From Okamejei kenojei (taxonomy: Eukaryota): a stretch of DNA of 64,000 nucleotides. The notes beneath the pieces are model-generated. The model searched no databases. It saw nothing but the letters and a program-made list of their open reading frames with translations, and was not told where the DNA came from. Shown here piece by piece: positions 52,511 through 64,000 of the stretch. The stretch lies in NCBI GenBank assembly GCA_035221665.1, contig CM069152.1, positions 39,618,001-39,682,000 of the forward strand. Direction: 5' to 3'. The position numbers and the translations under genes are program-made. Numbering within the stretch: the first letter of the stretch is position 1; the number at the start of each line of letters is the position of its first letter.

Positions 52511-53141
52511 AAGTCAATTGGTTTTGGAGTCTCAATTCCAATTTTTTTGCACAAAACCTGAAAGTCATGTCATCGAGAGCTGGCTGGATGGCTGAGAATG
52601 GATGAAGGCTTCACACCTTTGCATTATTTCAAAACGTGGGCGTAAATCAACATATGCCACTTTCCAATCATATAAAAAGATTTAAAAGGCATTAGAAACC
52701 AGGCTCTTGCAAATTGTTTCTTATATTTCAAAACAACTCGTACTTATTCAGAGGGTTTGGGACATAAGTAGTCGTCAGATTCCAAGTGCTGCTCTTATCC
52801 ACAAGGACAGCAACACAGCAGGCTGAACGTCGTTTCCCAACTTGCCACTGGATAGTGCATTGAGATGGAAATTGGATTAGGAATGCTGAGCCTCAGGAAA
52901 CAAGAATGAGAAAATTAACCCATCATTGCAGCAAGAGCAGCTGCGTTGGTGCAAGCCCCAAGACCTGAATTTGCCCGTTTTGTAAAATTCCATGTCTGAC
53001 CATGTAACACATTTACCCAGTCAGTAATTGAAAATATTAGTGCTTTCTGTTTTGTGTTCATTTCCTTCCTGTTTTCGAGTCGTCTGGGGGAAACTGATCA
53101 CATCATTCTCCACTCTGGAATCCAGAATCAGACTGAATATA

Positions 53142-54171
53142 GACAAAAGTGCTGGAGATACTCAGCGGGTGCGGCAGCATCTATGGAGCGAAGGAATAGG
53201 CAACGTTTCGGGCCAAAACCCTTCTTCAGACTGATGTAGGGTGGGGGAAGGGGGGGCAGGAAGAAGAAAGGAAGAGGAGGAGCCAGTGGGCTGAGGGAGA
53301 GCTGAGTAGGGCAGGAGACAACAAGGGCAAGGTTCAAGCCGCTGGGGTGCAGACTTCACAAGTGGAATACGAGGTGCTGCTCCTCCAATTTCCGGTGGTG
53401 CTCACTCTGGCCATGGAGGAGGCCCAGGACAGAAAGGTCAGATTCGGAATGGTTGAGGGAGTTGAAGTGCTGAGCCGCTCCCTCTGTAACACCCTGGTAA
53501 ATTCTTCCCTTCCCACCCGCACCACCCCCTCCCCGGGTACTTTCCCTTGCAACCGCAGGAGATGCTACACTTGTCGCTTTACCTCCCCCCTCGACTCCAT
53601 TCAAGGACCCAAGCAGTCTTCCAGGTGCGACAGAGGTTCACCTGCACCTCCTCCAACCTCATCTATTGCATCCGCTGCTCTAGATGTCAGCTGATCTACA
53701 TCGGTGAGACCAAGCGTAGGCTTGGCGATCGCTTCGCCCAACACCTCCGCTCGGTCCGCATTAACGAACCTGATCTCCCTGTGGCTCAGCACTTCAACTC
53801 CCCCTCCCATTCCGAATCCGACCTTTCTGTCCTGGGCCTCCTCCGTGCCCAGAGTGAGCACCACCGGAAATTGGAGGAGCAGCACCTCATATTGTTGGGC
53901 AGTCTGCACCCTAGTGGCATAAACATTGACTTCTCCAATTTCCGGTAGCCCTTGCTGTCTCCTCCCCTTCTCAGCTCTCCCTCAGCCCTCTGGCTCCTCA
54001 TCTTCCTTTCTCCTTCCTGCCCCTCCCCCCCCCCCCCACATCAGTCTGAAGAAGGGTTTTGGCCCGAAACGTTGCCCATTTCCTTCGCTCCATAGATGCT
54101 GCCGCACCCGCTGTTTCTCCAGCACTTTTGTCTAACTTCGATTTTCCAGCATCTGCAGTTCCTTCTTAAAC
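53142..54171 (+). mobile_element. Penelope-like element: inverted terminus, GIY-YIG endonuclease remnant, direct terminus
   Basis: 53547-53948 encodes ...SNLIYCIRCSRCQLIYIGETKRRLGDRFAQH...VAQHFNSPSH...GINIDF, with a frameshift near 53620 after PGTFPCNRRRCYTC. 15-bp TSD ATCAGACTGAATATA (53127-53141 and 54172-54186). Confidence 0.9.
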
Positions 54172-55546
54172 ATCAGACTGAATATATTCAATAACATAAT
54201 TATTGAACTTTTTCTATTTTGCTGATATTTTCGGACTCCAAAAGGCCGAAAGGCATAAATTACTAACAGTACAAGTGTCAGCATTCCTCCAAGCTGTCTT
54301 TTTAGAAACATAAAAAATAGGTGCAGGAGTAGGCCATTCGGCCCTTCGAGCTGGCACTGCCATTCAATATGATCATAGCTGATTATCCAAAATCAGTACC
54401 CCGTTCCTGCTTTTTCCCCATATCCCTTGATTCCATCAGCTCTATATTTGGGCTTATATTAAAAATATTAATAATTAAAACTATTAATATTTGGCCCTAT
54501 ATTAAAACCCCTGTATTTTAATTAAATACATCCATGATGCCTTTGTCCTCCTCCCTTTACCTCTGTACCCTCAACCCCCACCCTCAGCAATTGTTTCCAC
54601 TTAACTGAAGCCTTCCTTACATTTCCCAACAGGGTGAGTCTATTCAACGTGGATCCCTCAGCGAAGGCCCATATCCGTCTAGACACTAAAAGGCTTAGAT
54701 TGCACGCATCAGGGCTCCACGTCTCCCCCTATTTTGGTAAACCCGCCCTCAAAAGACTAATACCACATCAAGCATCGCTGATTATGTGCCAACATCGATG
54801 CAGGAACCTGCAAAGAGAAAGTGATTGAAGTATTCCTGCTGCTGCAGGCTGCCCGGTGCGTTTGGTTACAATCCTACCACTGCATTGAGCTCAAATCGCA
54901 GAGAAATCTCCAATTAGATACATCAACAAATGTAAGCAGTTGCCCACACATGTAATATATAAAACAGCATACTCACATACAGCAATTTTACAGGTTATTT
55001 TAACTAACAAAATCCTACAGGGCAACATTGGTTTAACAGATTCCTAATCCAATCTAAAATGGCAACATTTATTTTGATTTAACGAGTAATCGTAAAAAGG
55101 AGGTTTCACGATGACACAAACGCAGGCAATTGATTTCTGAACACATTCTTATATAATGGCTGTAACAAAATCCAAACACTCATTCTACTGATACCAATCA
55201 ATGATCAAAACACTTAATTCAGACAGGGCCGAGATGGTGCAGTGAAACCCGTTACACCAGCAAGGTTTAGGCAGAGAGATGGGGGGGGGGGGAAAGATTT
55301 AATTATAGTGTTAAAATGTAAACAATGCTGTGAGCAGTCTAGAAAAATTAAATTAACACACAGTTGATAGTATCGATGATGGGGAGATGAAAGATGCATG
55401 ATTAATATGTGACATGCAGGTGCTGGTTTACGTTGAAGATAAACACCAAATGCTGGAGTAACTCAGCGGGTCAGACAGCATCTCTGGAGAGAAGGACTTT
55501 CGAGTCGAGACCCTTCAACAGATGAATACATTGATCAGGACCTCAC

Positions 55547-55846
55547 CTCCTCGGCTTGTTTCCTGAGCGACTTCTCCCTCTCGTACTGGGTCAGCAGCTG
55601 CTCGTTGTCCTCCCGGATCAGCTCCAGCTCCACTTCGTGCTCCTGGTTTTCGGTGAAGACCGAGTCGAGGTTCTCCAGCACGTTGACGACCAGCGGCATC
55701 AGCTCCTTCACCACCTCCTCGTCGTACTTGTGGATGAGGCGCTCGAACTCGCGGTAGATGCTGTTGGCCAGGCCCGACACCCGCTCCGACATGACCGACA
55801 CCGAGCAGTCATCCTGGTAAACCACCCCGTCATCCAGCTCCATCAT
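55547..55846 (-). CDS. mapk8ip3: JIP3 (JNK-interacting protein 3) coding exon 1, RH1 domain
   Basis: Translates [100 protein letters not shown] (100 aa). Start context gccgggaagATGATG; donor GAG|gtgagg, phase 0. YQDD-CS, ERLIH, VVNVL and ENQEHEVEL match recalled human MAPK8IP3 better than SPAG9. Confidence 0.9.
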
Positions 55847-56255
55847 CTTCCCGGCGGCGGCGAGGGGGATACAGGCAGCGGGGTAAATATGCGCTCCCGG
55901 CCGGGGAGAGGGAGGGAGGGAGGGAGGGGAGGAGAAAGAGAGAAAGGGAGGGAGGGATGAGGGGAGAAAGAGAGAGAGAGAGAGAGAGAAAAGGAGCAGT
56001 CGGAGGTCCTCCTCTGCAGCCTCAGTGCATCTTAATGCAGCGCCCAGTCCGTGTCCGCCGGCCCAGTCCCACTGAGCTTGTGTCTCCGCGGCGGTGCCGA
56101 GCACCAGCCGCCCGCCCGCCCGGGTTGCAGACAATAGCGCTCTCTGCGAGAGAGCGTGTGTGTGTGTGTGTGTGCGCCCCGCTCCCACGGTCACATCCAC
56201 AGGTCCAGCCCCAGCCCCAGCCTCCGCGCTGTCAGCTGGCTGTGCTGTGCCCATC

Positions 56256-56263
56256 TGACGTCA
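56256..56263. promoter_or_regulatory. Perfect CRE (TGACGTCA) about 410 bp upstream of the ATG
   Basis: Exact palindrome at the upstream edge of the CpG-rich block. Function is inferred from position only. Confidence 0.55.
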
Positions 56264-56289
56264 GGACATGGGATGTCTGCATTGTGGGA

Positions 56290-56950
56290 ACCTCCCCTCT
56301 CTCCCTCCCTCCTCCCTCCCCTCACCCTCCTCCCCCCCCCCCTCCTATTCTCCCTCCCTCCTCCATCTCCTCCCCTCTTCTCCCACTCACTCCTCCCTCC
56401 TTTCCTCCTCCACCTCACTCTCCCCCCCTCCCTATTCCTCCCTCCTCCTCTCCATCTCCCTCTCCTCCTCCCCACGCACTCCTTCCCCCCACCCCTATTT
56501 CCTCCCTCCTCCTCTCTCTCTCCTCCATCATCTCCCTCCTCCCTCCCTTCCCCTCCCACTCACTCTCCCCCTCCCCTCTTCTCTCTCTCCCTACTCCATC
56601 TCCTCCCCCCTTCTCACTCCCACACCCCCCCTCCCGCCTCCTCTCTCTCTCTCCCTCCATCCTCTCCCTCCCTCCTCCTCTCTCCCCATCTCTCCCTCCT
56701 CTCTTTCTCTCTCCCTCCACCATCTCCCTCCATCCTTCTCCCCCTCTCACACACTCCTCCCCCCTCCCCTCCTCCTCTTTCCCCTCTCTCCCCCTTTTTG
56801 CCCTCCTCCTTCTCTTGCTTCTCCCTCCCTCCATCCTTCTCACCCACTCTCCCCCCTCGCTCCTCCTCTCTTCCCCTCCTCCCCCTCCCCCCCACCTCTC
56901 TCCCCACTCTCCCTTCTCCTCTCTCTCTCTCTCCCTCCCTCCTTGCTCCC
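56290..56950. repeat. ~660-bp polypyrimidine/polypurine low-complexity tract
   Basis: Almost entirely C/T on the + strand; source of the spurious Pro/Ser/Leu and Gly/Arg/Glu ORFs. Confidence 0.9.
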
Positions 56951-57204
56951 CGCTGCCGGCCCATTATTATCGCAGGTGGCAGCAGTTCTAACCCTCCCTT
57001 CCTCCCTGGTGGAATAAAAAAAGCACCGGAGAAGATGCATGAAATGATTGATCGATAAACATCATACAGGAACTGAGTTTACACCCTTCCATGAGCACTG
57101 AAGAGGATGGGCATTTTTTTGTTTGTTTCGCTGAAGTGACCATTAAAATTCTGGATGGATTTGATATGGAAACAGAAAAATATGAACCTTTAGTAAGAAA
57201 TGAT

Positions 57205-57829
57205 ATTTACTTACAAAATTACTGCCTATTATGCCTCCTGGCATATAGGGCAGCAACGGATGGCCTCCACTCCTGTCTGTTCTGGGCTAGCTTCTGGACA
57301 CTACCCCAGGTCAGGTCCATTGTTTTCATTTCCTCCTCTACAGTTCGACGCCAGATGGTTTTGAGTCTCCCTCTTTCCCTTTTCCCTTCCAGGTGTCCAG
57401 TGCAGGGCTATTCTTGGGATGCTGTCTGGTTCTCTTCTCAGTATATGGCCAATCCAGTTCCAGCGCCTTCTCATGATGCCTAGTCTTATGTTTGCCATTT
57501 AGAACTTCCACCTTCCTACCAGTGGCTTCCTTTTGGCTTTCACCGTTGACATTCATCTGTCGATAGCCCTGGAAGTCCATCACGCCCAGTAGTGTTGATT
57601 CCTTCAGTTGCTGTATCCGTAACATATTTGTTTTACGAGACAGGGTTGTTAGCCCTGTGCTCAACCTCCAACCTGGAGGACCAGTGGATCGCTCTTCGTC
57701 TCGCCTCTACCCTTCGACCTGTCCAGCATGGGAGACCCCAACAGGAGACGAATCTCCCGCTGGCGTAGCTCTAGGGGTCACTGAGACACACAAGCTCCCC
57801 GACCGCGGCAAGGTTGCAATCCAACGGGG
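57205..57829 (-). mobile_element. Internally deleted (bipartite) RTE-clade element: 5' UTR fused to 3' end
   Basis: 3' part encodes RRRWNWIGHILRREPDSIPRIALHWTP; (GTAA)-type tail; 5' UTR resembles recalled RTE/BovB leaders; 13-bp TSD AGTAAGAAATGAT (57192-57204 and 57830-57842). Confidence 0.85.
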
Positions 57830-60654
57830 AGTAAGAAATGATGAATAATTATCATTACGGTAGGGAATTAGGAGATTGTTGAGCTCATTCACGGAATATG
57901 CAGTTTCTAGCAAGGCTACCGTTTATTACCCACCCTTGAATGCCTAGAAAGGCAGTCTCCATGTTCTCCAGAGATGCTGCCTGACCTGCCGCGTTGCTCC
58001 AGCACTTTGTGTCCTTTCAGTTTCTAGTTAATGGTGTCTGACCTGCAACAACAGGGTTATCATGTTACAGGTGTGCAAGACATTGGTGAGGCCACAGTTG
58101 GAGTATCGTGCTCAGTGTTAGTCATCCTGCAATAGGCGTGATGCCATTATGCAGGAAAGAGTTCAGAGAAGATTTACGAGGACGTTGCCATGACTTGAGG
58201 GCCTGAGTTGTAGGGAGAGGTTGGGCAGATTAGACTTTATTCCTTGGAGTGCAGGCGGATGTGGGGAATAGATGGGGTGAATGCACAGGCCCAGGGTAGG
58301 GCAATCAAGAACTAGAGGGCATAGGTTTAAGGGGATAGATTTAATAGGAACTGGAGGGGCGATTGTTTCACACAGTGTGTGGTGGGCATATGGAATGAGC
58401 TGCTCGAAGAGGTAGTTGAGGAAGATGCCATTTAAAAGACATTTGCAAAGGTACACGGATAGGAAAGGTTCAGAGGGATATGAGCCAAACATGACTAGCT
58501 TAGATGGGCATCTTGGTCGAGTTGGGCTGAAGGGCCTCTTTCTGCGTTGCATGGCTCTGCCTCTGCATCTCCTTCTTGTTCATGTTTGAACCAAGGTCAC
58601 GGCGAGGTCCAGAACTGGATAATCCTGCTGAAATCCATTGTGCACATTTATTCACAATTCCTTGTATCACTGTTGAGAATTGAGTGTGAGCTGCCATGAT
58701 GATTGCAGCTCACGGTGGCTGAAATGAATCCACTAAATGCGACTCAGGGAAAATAGTGTAAAATGAGCATTGGTCCACGTGGGGAAGTTGAGGGCCCTCA
58801 GTTTAATGTCTCCTTGGAAGGTTTGACATCTCAGGTAATTAGTCAAGCATTTTGTTCCCTAATTTCCAGAGTGGGTCCTGAATCAAAAAGGAGGAGAGAC
58901 TGGCCATTGGTTGCATTGATCCGTTTCTGCGCTCTAAGGTCCATGTAAAATGCGTACAACATTACCACATCACAGCAGTAGAATGCAATGTCTCAAGTTA
59001 CATCACCAACAAAACAAACATTTTAAAAGCTCTCCATAAAGAAAGTCAATAACAAGATTTGAAAACCGATTCATGGCAGCTAAATGCTAGGTTTCTGGAG
59101 GTATTTTTTAAAAGGGCCCATCAACGTATAAATATATACATTTATATAAAGTTCAAGTAAAAGTCAATAGTTTGCAGAAATTTAAATGTTCGTAGCCTAT
59201 TGCTAATGCTCAGTTGCTCCATAAGGTCGGGGCTAAATTTATAACTCAAATTCCCAATTCCATAAAGTTCAAAAATCTATAAGACTTGAACAGATGCATA
59301 ACTCTCCGAGCTGTAGAATAGCAAATGTCACAGATACACAGATATGCTCATAATATTTCATATATCACAGATATTTTTCACCCCTGATCTAAATTAGTTG
59401 ACTCCTCACCCTCGATTGTAAACATGTATTGTCTTTCTGCTGACTGGATAGCACACAACAAAAGCTTTTCACCGTACCTCGGCACACGTGACAATAAACT
59501 AAACTGAAGATTATGGACAATAGACAAAAGGTGCAGGAGTAGGTCATTCGGTCCTTCGAGCCAGCACCGCCATTCAATGTGATCATGGCTAATCATCCCT
59601 AATCAGTACTCCATTCTTGCCTTCTTCCCATATCCCCTGACTCTGCTATCTTTAAGAACCCTATCTAGCTCTCTCTTGATAATGATGGTCTTTCATCAGA
59701 TCTAGCCAATTTTCATAAAAAACTGATATGTTTGATTGTCTGAAATTGTTGAATTGATGTCAAGTCCTTGCCCGACCCAAATCGTTGCATATCCATGTCC
59801 TCCAGAGATGCTGCCTAATCCATTGAGTTATTCCAGCGCTTTGTGCTCTATAGACAATAGACAATAGGTGCAGGAGTAGGCCACTCAGCCCTTTTGATTC
59901 GGCCCTTTTGATTATGATATCCAGTTTTCCATTCAGCATCTAGGCAAACAGCCTCTCACCAGGAACCCAATCGAGCTCACTAATAATTTGAAATGTTTCA
60001 ATGAGATGCCTAAAAAAACAGGGAACATACGCCTCCTCTCACAGAACTGAACTCTGATCCGTGGAATCTATCCGGTGAAGCTTTATTGCACCTACTCTCG
60101 GGCAAGTGTATCTTTCCTTAAGTAAGGAAACTGAAACTGTGGACTACACCAGGTGTAATCTCTCTGCCACAAAGCTTACTTATCCTCCCTCATACTCCAA
60201 ATGTATATAAATAACATAGCACACTATTTACCTTCCAAGATATTTACTGCAATTATATTAACTTTCTGTGATTCATGCACAGGAGACCTTGGATGTGGAT
60301 GGCAACATTTATTAATCATTAATATTCTGATTCTCAACACTTCGTCAAGTGCACAACTTTCCAATGCACCAAATGGAGTTTCATCCCACATCTCCCTGCT
60401 CAAGCATTTAACCAATGTATATGCTTTACACAGCTTCTTTGCATCTTCCTTAAAATGTACTCTGTTGTCATTTAGTGATTATTCTCATGCGTTTTTGGCC
60501 CACTCTCTCTGCTTGAGAAGAGGAAGCAAAATACAATTGTTAAGGTAGTGCACAAAAGCCATATTTTGTCTTTGTTTTTATATTCTTTATGCAATGAAAC
60601 TCTGTATCCTGTTTTGATTGGGTTTTTTCTGTTTTTATGATTTGTGTGAACCCA

Positions 60655-61702
60655 ATAGACAATAGACAATAGGTGCAGGATTAGGCCATTCGGCCCTTCG
60701 GGACAAGCGCCGCTATTCACAGTGATTATGGCTGATCATCCACATTCAGTACCCCACATACTGCCTTCTCCGCATATCCCTTGACTCCGCTATCTTTAAG
60801 AGCTCTATCCAACTCTCTCTTGAAAGCCTCCAGAGAATTGGCCTCCACTGCCTTCTGAGGCAGAGAACTCCACAGATTCACAACTCTGTGTGTGAAAAAG
60901 TTTCCCTCATCTCCACTCTAAATGGCTTACCCCTTATTCTTAAACTATGGCACCTGGTTCTGGAACCTCCCAACATCAGGAACATGTTTCCTGCCTCTAG
61001 TGTGTCCAAACTCTTAATAACCTAATATGTTTCAATAAGATCCCCTCTCATCCTTCTAAATTCCAGAGTGTACAAGGCCAGCCACTCCATTCTATCAACA
61101 TATGATAATCCCGCCATCCCGGGAATTAACCTCTTGAACCTACGCTGCACTCCCTCAATAGCAAGAATGTCCTTCCTCAAACTTAGAGACCAAAACTGCA
61201 CACAATACTCCAGGTGTGGTCTCACTAGGGCATTGTACAACTGCAGTAGGACCTGTTTGCTCCTATACTCAACTCCTCTTGTTATGAAGGCTAAATTGCC
61301 ATTTGTTTTCTTCACTGACTGCTGTACCTGCATGCTTACTTTCAGTGACTGATGAACAAGATTTACACCGCAATTGGAGGAACAGCACCTCATATTCCGC
61401 TTGGGGAGTCTGCATCCTCTGGGCTTGAACATTGAATTTTCTCAATTCTGTTAACCCTTGCTGTCTCCTCCCCTTCCCACCTCTCCCTCAGCCCTCGGGC
61501 TCCTCCTCCTCCTTTTTCCTTTCTTCTCCCCGCCCCCCCCCCCCCCCCCCCCCTACCTCCCATCAGTCTGAAGAAGAGTTCCGGCCCGAAACGTTGCCTA
61601 TCTCCTTCGCTCCATAGATGCTGCTGCACCCGCTGACTTTCTCCAGCTTTTTCTGTACCCCCCATATCTCACTGTACTTCCTCTTCTCCCAACTTGACAC
61701 CA
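60655..61702 (-). mobile_element. CR1 3' fragment, duplicated at 62636-63216
   Basis: ORF 61022-61432: [27 protein letters not shown]. Confidence 0.85.
61362..61664 (+). mobile_element. Penelope-like 3' fragment inserted in CR1
   Basis: LEEQHLIFRLGSLHPLGLNIEFSQF followed by the terminus; CR1 sequence resumes at ~61665. Confidence 0.8.
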
Positions 61703-64000
61703 TCTAAATTACTATAAGTCTGATCTTGACCACTTCCTGTTGTTCTGTATATTGATTTTATAAAAAACGCTGCCACTTACGGCTGTGATTTTTGGCCATC
61801 TTACTCAGAGTCCCCCTCCGCTGCGCAGGACAAGAGGATTTTTCCCATCGATGAAAAATAAAAGAGTTATTAGTGTTTAAAAATGTTGAGATTCTCTCTC
61901 CTGAAGGTCATGCCCCTTCCGGAGGGACTATAAAACCTGGAAGTATGGAGGTGCCTCAGTTCTCTGCAAGATGGGGGAGCGAGAGGTCACAATTCTCAGT
62001 TTGAGCTGTGAATAACACTGAACACATGTCTACTAAACTGTGAATGGTTTTACGGACCTGTCAGTGCCTTTAATGTGGTTTGAAAATGTAGTTTGAAAAT
62101 GCAAAAGTGTGTTTTGGTTTGAAAGTGCTAAAGCTGTGTTGCCTTTGGTTTTGAAAGTGCTAAAGCAAGCTGTGTTGCCTTTGGTTTTGAAAGTGCTAAA
62201 GCGAGCTGTGTTGCCTTTGGCTGTGCTTTGGTTTTGCTTGCCTTGCTTTGGTTTTGAAAGTGCTCAAGCGAGCTGCCTAGCCTTTGGTTTTGAAAGTGCT
62301 AAAGCGAGCTGCCTTGCCTTTGGTTTTGAAAGTGCTAAAGCGAGCTGTGTTGCCTTTGGTTTTGAAAGTGCTAAAGCGAGCTGTGTTGCCTTTGGTTTTG
62401 AAAGTGCTAAAGCGAGCTGCCTTGCCTTTGGTTCTCAAAGTGCCAAAGCAAGCTGCCTTGCCTTTGGTTTTGAAAGTGCTAAAGTAAGCTGCCTTGCCTA
62501 ATTAGAGCTGCCTTGGCTAATTAGAGCTGCCTTGCCTTCTATATAATTAAAAGTCTGATCTTGACCACTTCCTGTTTGTTCTTGATGTTGTTGATTTTAG
62601 AAAAAACGCTACCACGTACAGCTGTGATGTTTTCTCAACTCTCTCTTGAAAGCCTCCAGAGAATTAGCCTCCACTGCCTTCTGAGGCAGAGAATTCCACA
62701 GATTCACAACTCTCTGTGTGAAAACGTTTTCCTCATCTCCACTCTAAATGGCTTACCCCTTATTCTTAAACTGTGGCTCCTGGTTCTGGAACCTCCACAA
62801 CATCGGGAACATGTGTCCTGCCTCTAGTGTGTCCAAACTCTTAATAACCTTATATGTTTCAATAAGATCCCCTCTCATCCTAAATTCCAGAGTATACAAG
62901 CCCAGCTGCTCTATTCTATCAACATATGACAGTCCCGCCATCCTGGGAATTAACCTCTTGAACCTACGCTACACTCCCTCAATAGCAAGAATGTCCTTCC
63001 TCAAATTTGGAGACCAAAACTGCACACAATACTCACTAGGGCCTTGTACAACTGCGGAAGGACCTGTTTGCTCCTATACTCAACTCCTCTTGTTATGAAG
63101 GCCAACGTGCCATTTGCTTTCTTCACTGACTGCTGTACCTGCATGCTTACTTTCATTGACTGATGAACAAGGACCCCCAGATCTCGCTGTACTTCCCCTT
63201 TTCCAACTTAACACCATCTATATTACTGTAAGTCTGATCTTGACCACTTCCTGTTGTTCTGTATATTGATTTTAGAAAAAACGCTGCCACTTACGGCTGT
63301 GATTTTTGGCCATCTTACTCAGAGTCCCCTCCGCTGCGCAGGACAATAGGATTTTGCCCATCGATGAAAAATAATTCTCAGTCTGAGCTGTGAATAACAC
63401 TGAACACATGTCCACTAAACTGTGAGTAGTTTTACTGACATGTCAGTGCCCTTAATGTAGTTTGAAAATGTAGTTTGAAAATGCAAAAGTGTGTTTTGGT
63501 TTGAAAGTGCTAAAGCTGTGTTGCCTGTGGTTTTGAAAATGCTAAAGCAAGCTGCCTTGCCTTTGGTTTTGAAAGTGCTAAAGCAAACTGTCTTGCCTAA
63601 TTAGAGCTGTCTTGCCTAATTAGAGCTGCCGTGTCTAATTAGAGCTGCCTTGCCTTCTATATAATTAAAAGTCTAATCTTGACCACTTCCTGGTTGCTCT
63701 TTATATTGATTTTAGAAAAAATGGTACCACGTACGGCTGTGATGTTTGGCCATCTTACTCACAGTTCCCCTCCGCTCATCAGGTGCCGGAGATTTTTCCC
63801 ATCGATTGAAATTAAAGAGTTTTAGTGTTTAAAAAATGTTGAGATTCTCTCTCCTGTCAATCACGCCATGAAGGCCACACCCCATCTGGTGGGAGGGACT
63901 ATAAAACCCAGAAGTGTGGGTTCTGCATGATGGGGGAGGGAGAGGTCACGACTTGCTGTCTTTAGTGGCCTTGCACCCTGCTTGAAATGGTACGAAACTG
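61703..64000 (+). mobile_element. Cluster of Helitron 5' modules with 36-bp and ~20-bp minisatellites, interleaved with a CR1 fragment (62636-63216)
   Basis: TCTA(T/A)AT..AAGTCT(G/A)ATCTTGACCACTTCCTG starts at 61703, ~62538, 63217 and ~63656. The 36-bp unit GCCTTTGGTTTTGAAAGTGCTAAAGCGAGCTGCCTT repeats across ~62110-62500. Confidence 0.7.

Larger units (their letters stand above)
55540..56280 (-). promoter_or_regulatory. CpG-rich promoter, 5' UTR and exon 1 region
   Basis: GC- and CpG-dense block against an AT-rich background, overlapping exon 1. GC-box-like CCGCCCGCCC near 56108; (GA)n and (GT)n runs. Confidence 0.75.

Noticed and set aside
55847-56254. 136-codon in-frame N-terminal extension of exon 1 (ORF 55535-56254)
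   Set aside because: It translates (CA)n and (CT)n microsatellites (THTHTH, SLSLSL), has no JIP homology, and its ATG abuts the CRE and probably lies upstream of the TSS. The ATG at 55846 matches the conserved start.
55957-57058. Long Pro/Ser/Leu-rich and Gly/Arg/Glu-rich ORFs
   Set aside because: Artefacts of a C/T-only tract that cannot contain stop codons.
62109-62501. AFGFESAKASCL repeat ORF
   Set aside because: 36-bp minisatellite within Helitron sequence.

Overview
Eukaryotic genomic DNA, most likely from a skate or ray (inferred from HE1-like V-SINEs, HER1/CR1 LINEs and abundant Penelope termini). The window holds the 5' part of a minus-strand JIP3/JIP4-family scaffold gene, best called mapk8ip3. 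Four coding exons have canonical GT-AG junctions and consistent phases (55547-55846, 12544-12664, 6322-6392, 1277-1371), with a ~42.9 kb intron 1 and a CpG-rich promoter carrying a perfect CRE. Most other ORFs in the track are transposon fragments (CR1, Rex1/Babar, L1/Tx1, RTE, Penelope, Helitron, Harbinger and hAT MITEs, a Crypton-like dimer) or low-complexity noise. The most notable observation is a 139-bp TSD-flanked retroposon (27772-27910, minus strand). Its first 54 nt fold on paper into a complete minimal HDV-like self-cleaving ribozyme with the same L3 loop (UUCACGU) and layout as the mammalian CPEB3 ribozyme. The predicted cleavage site is the 5' end of the insertion, and the element lies in sense orientation inside intron 1 of this gene. 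Repeat coordinates are approximate unless TSDs or termini are quoted. Family names and reference sequences are from recall, not database searches.
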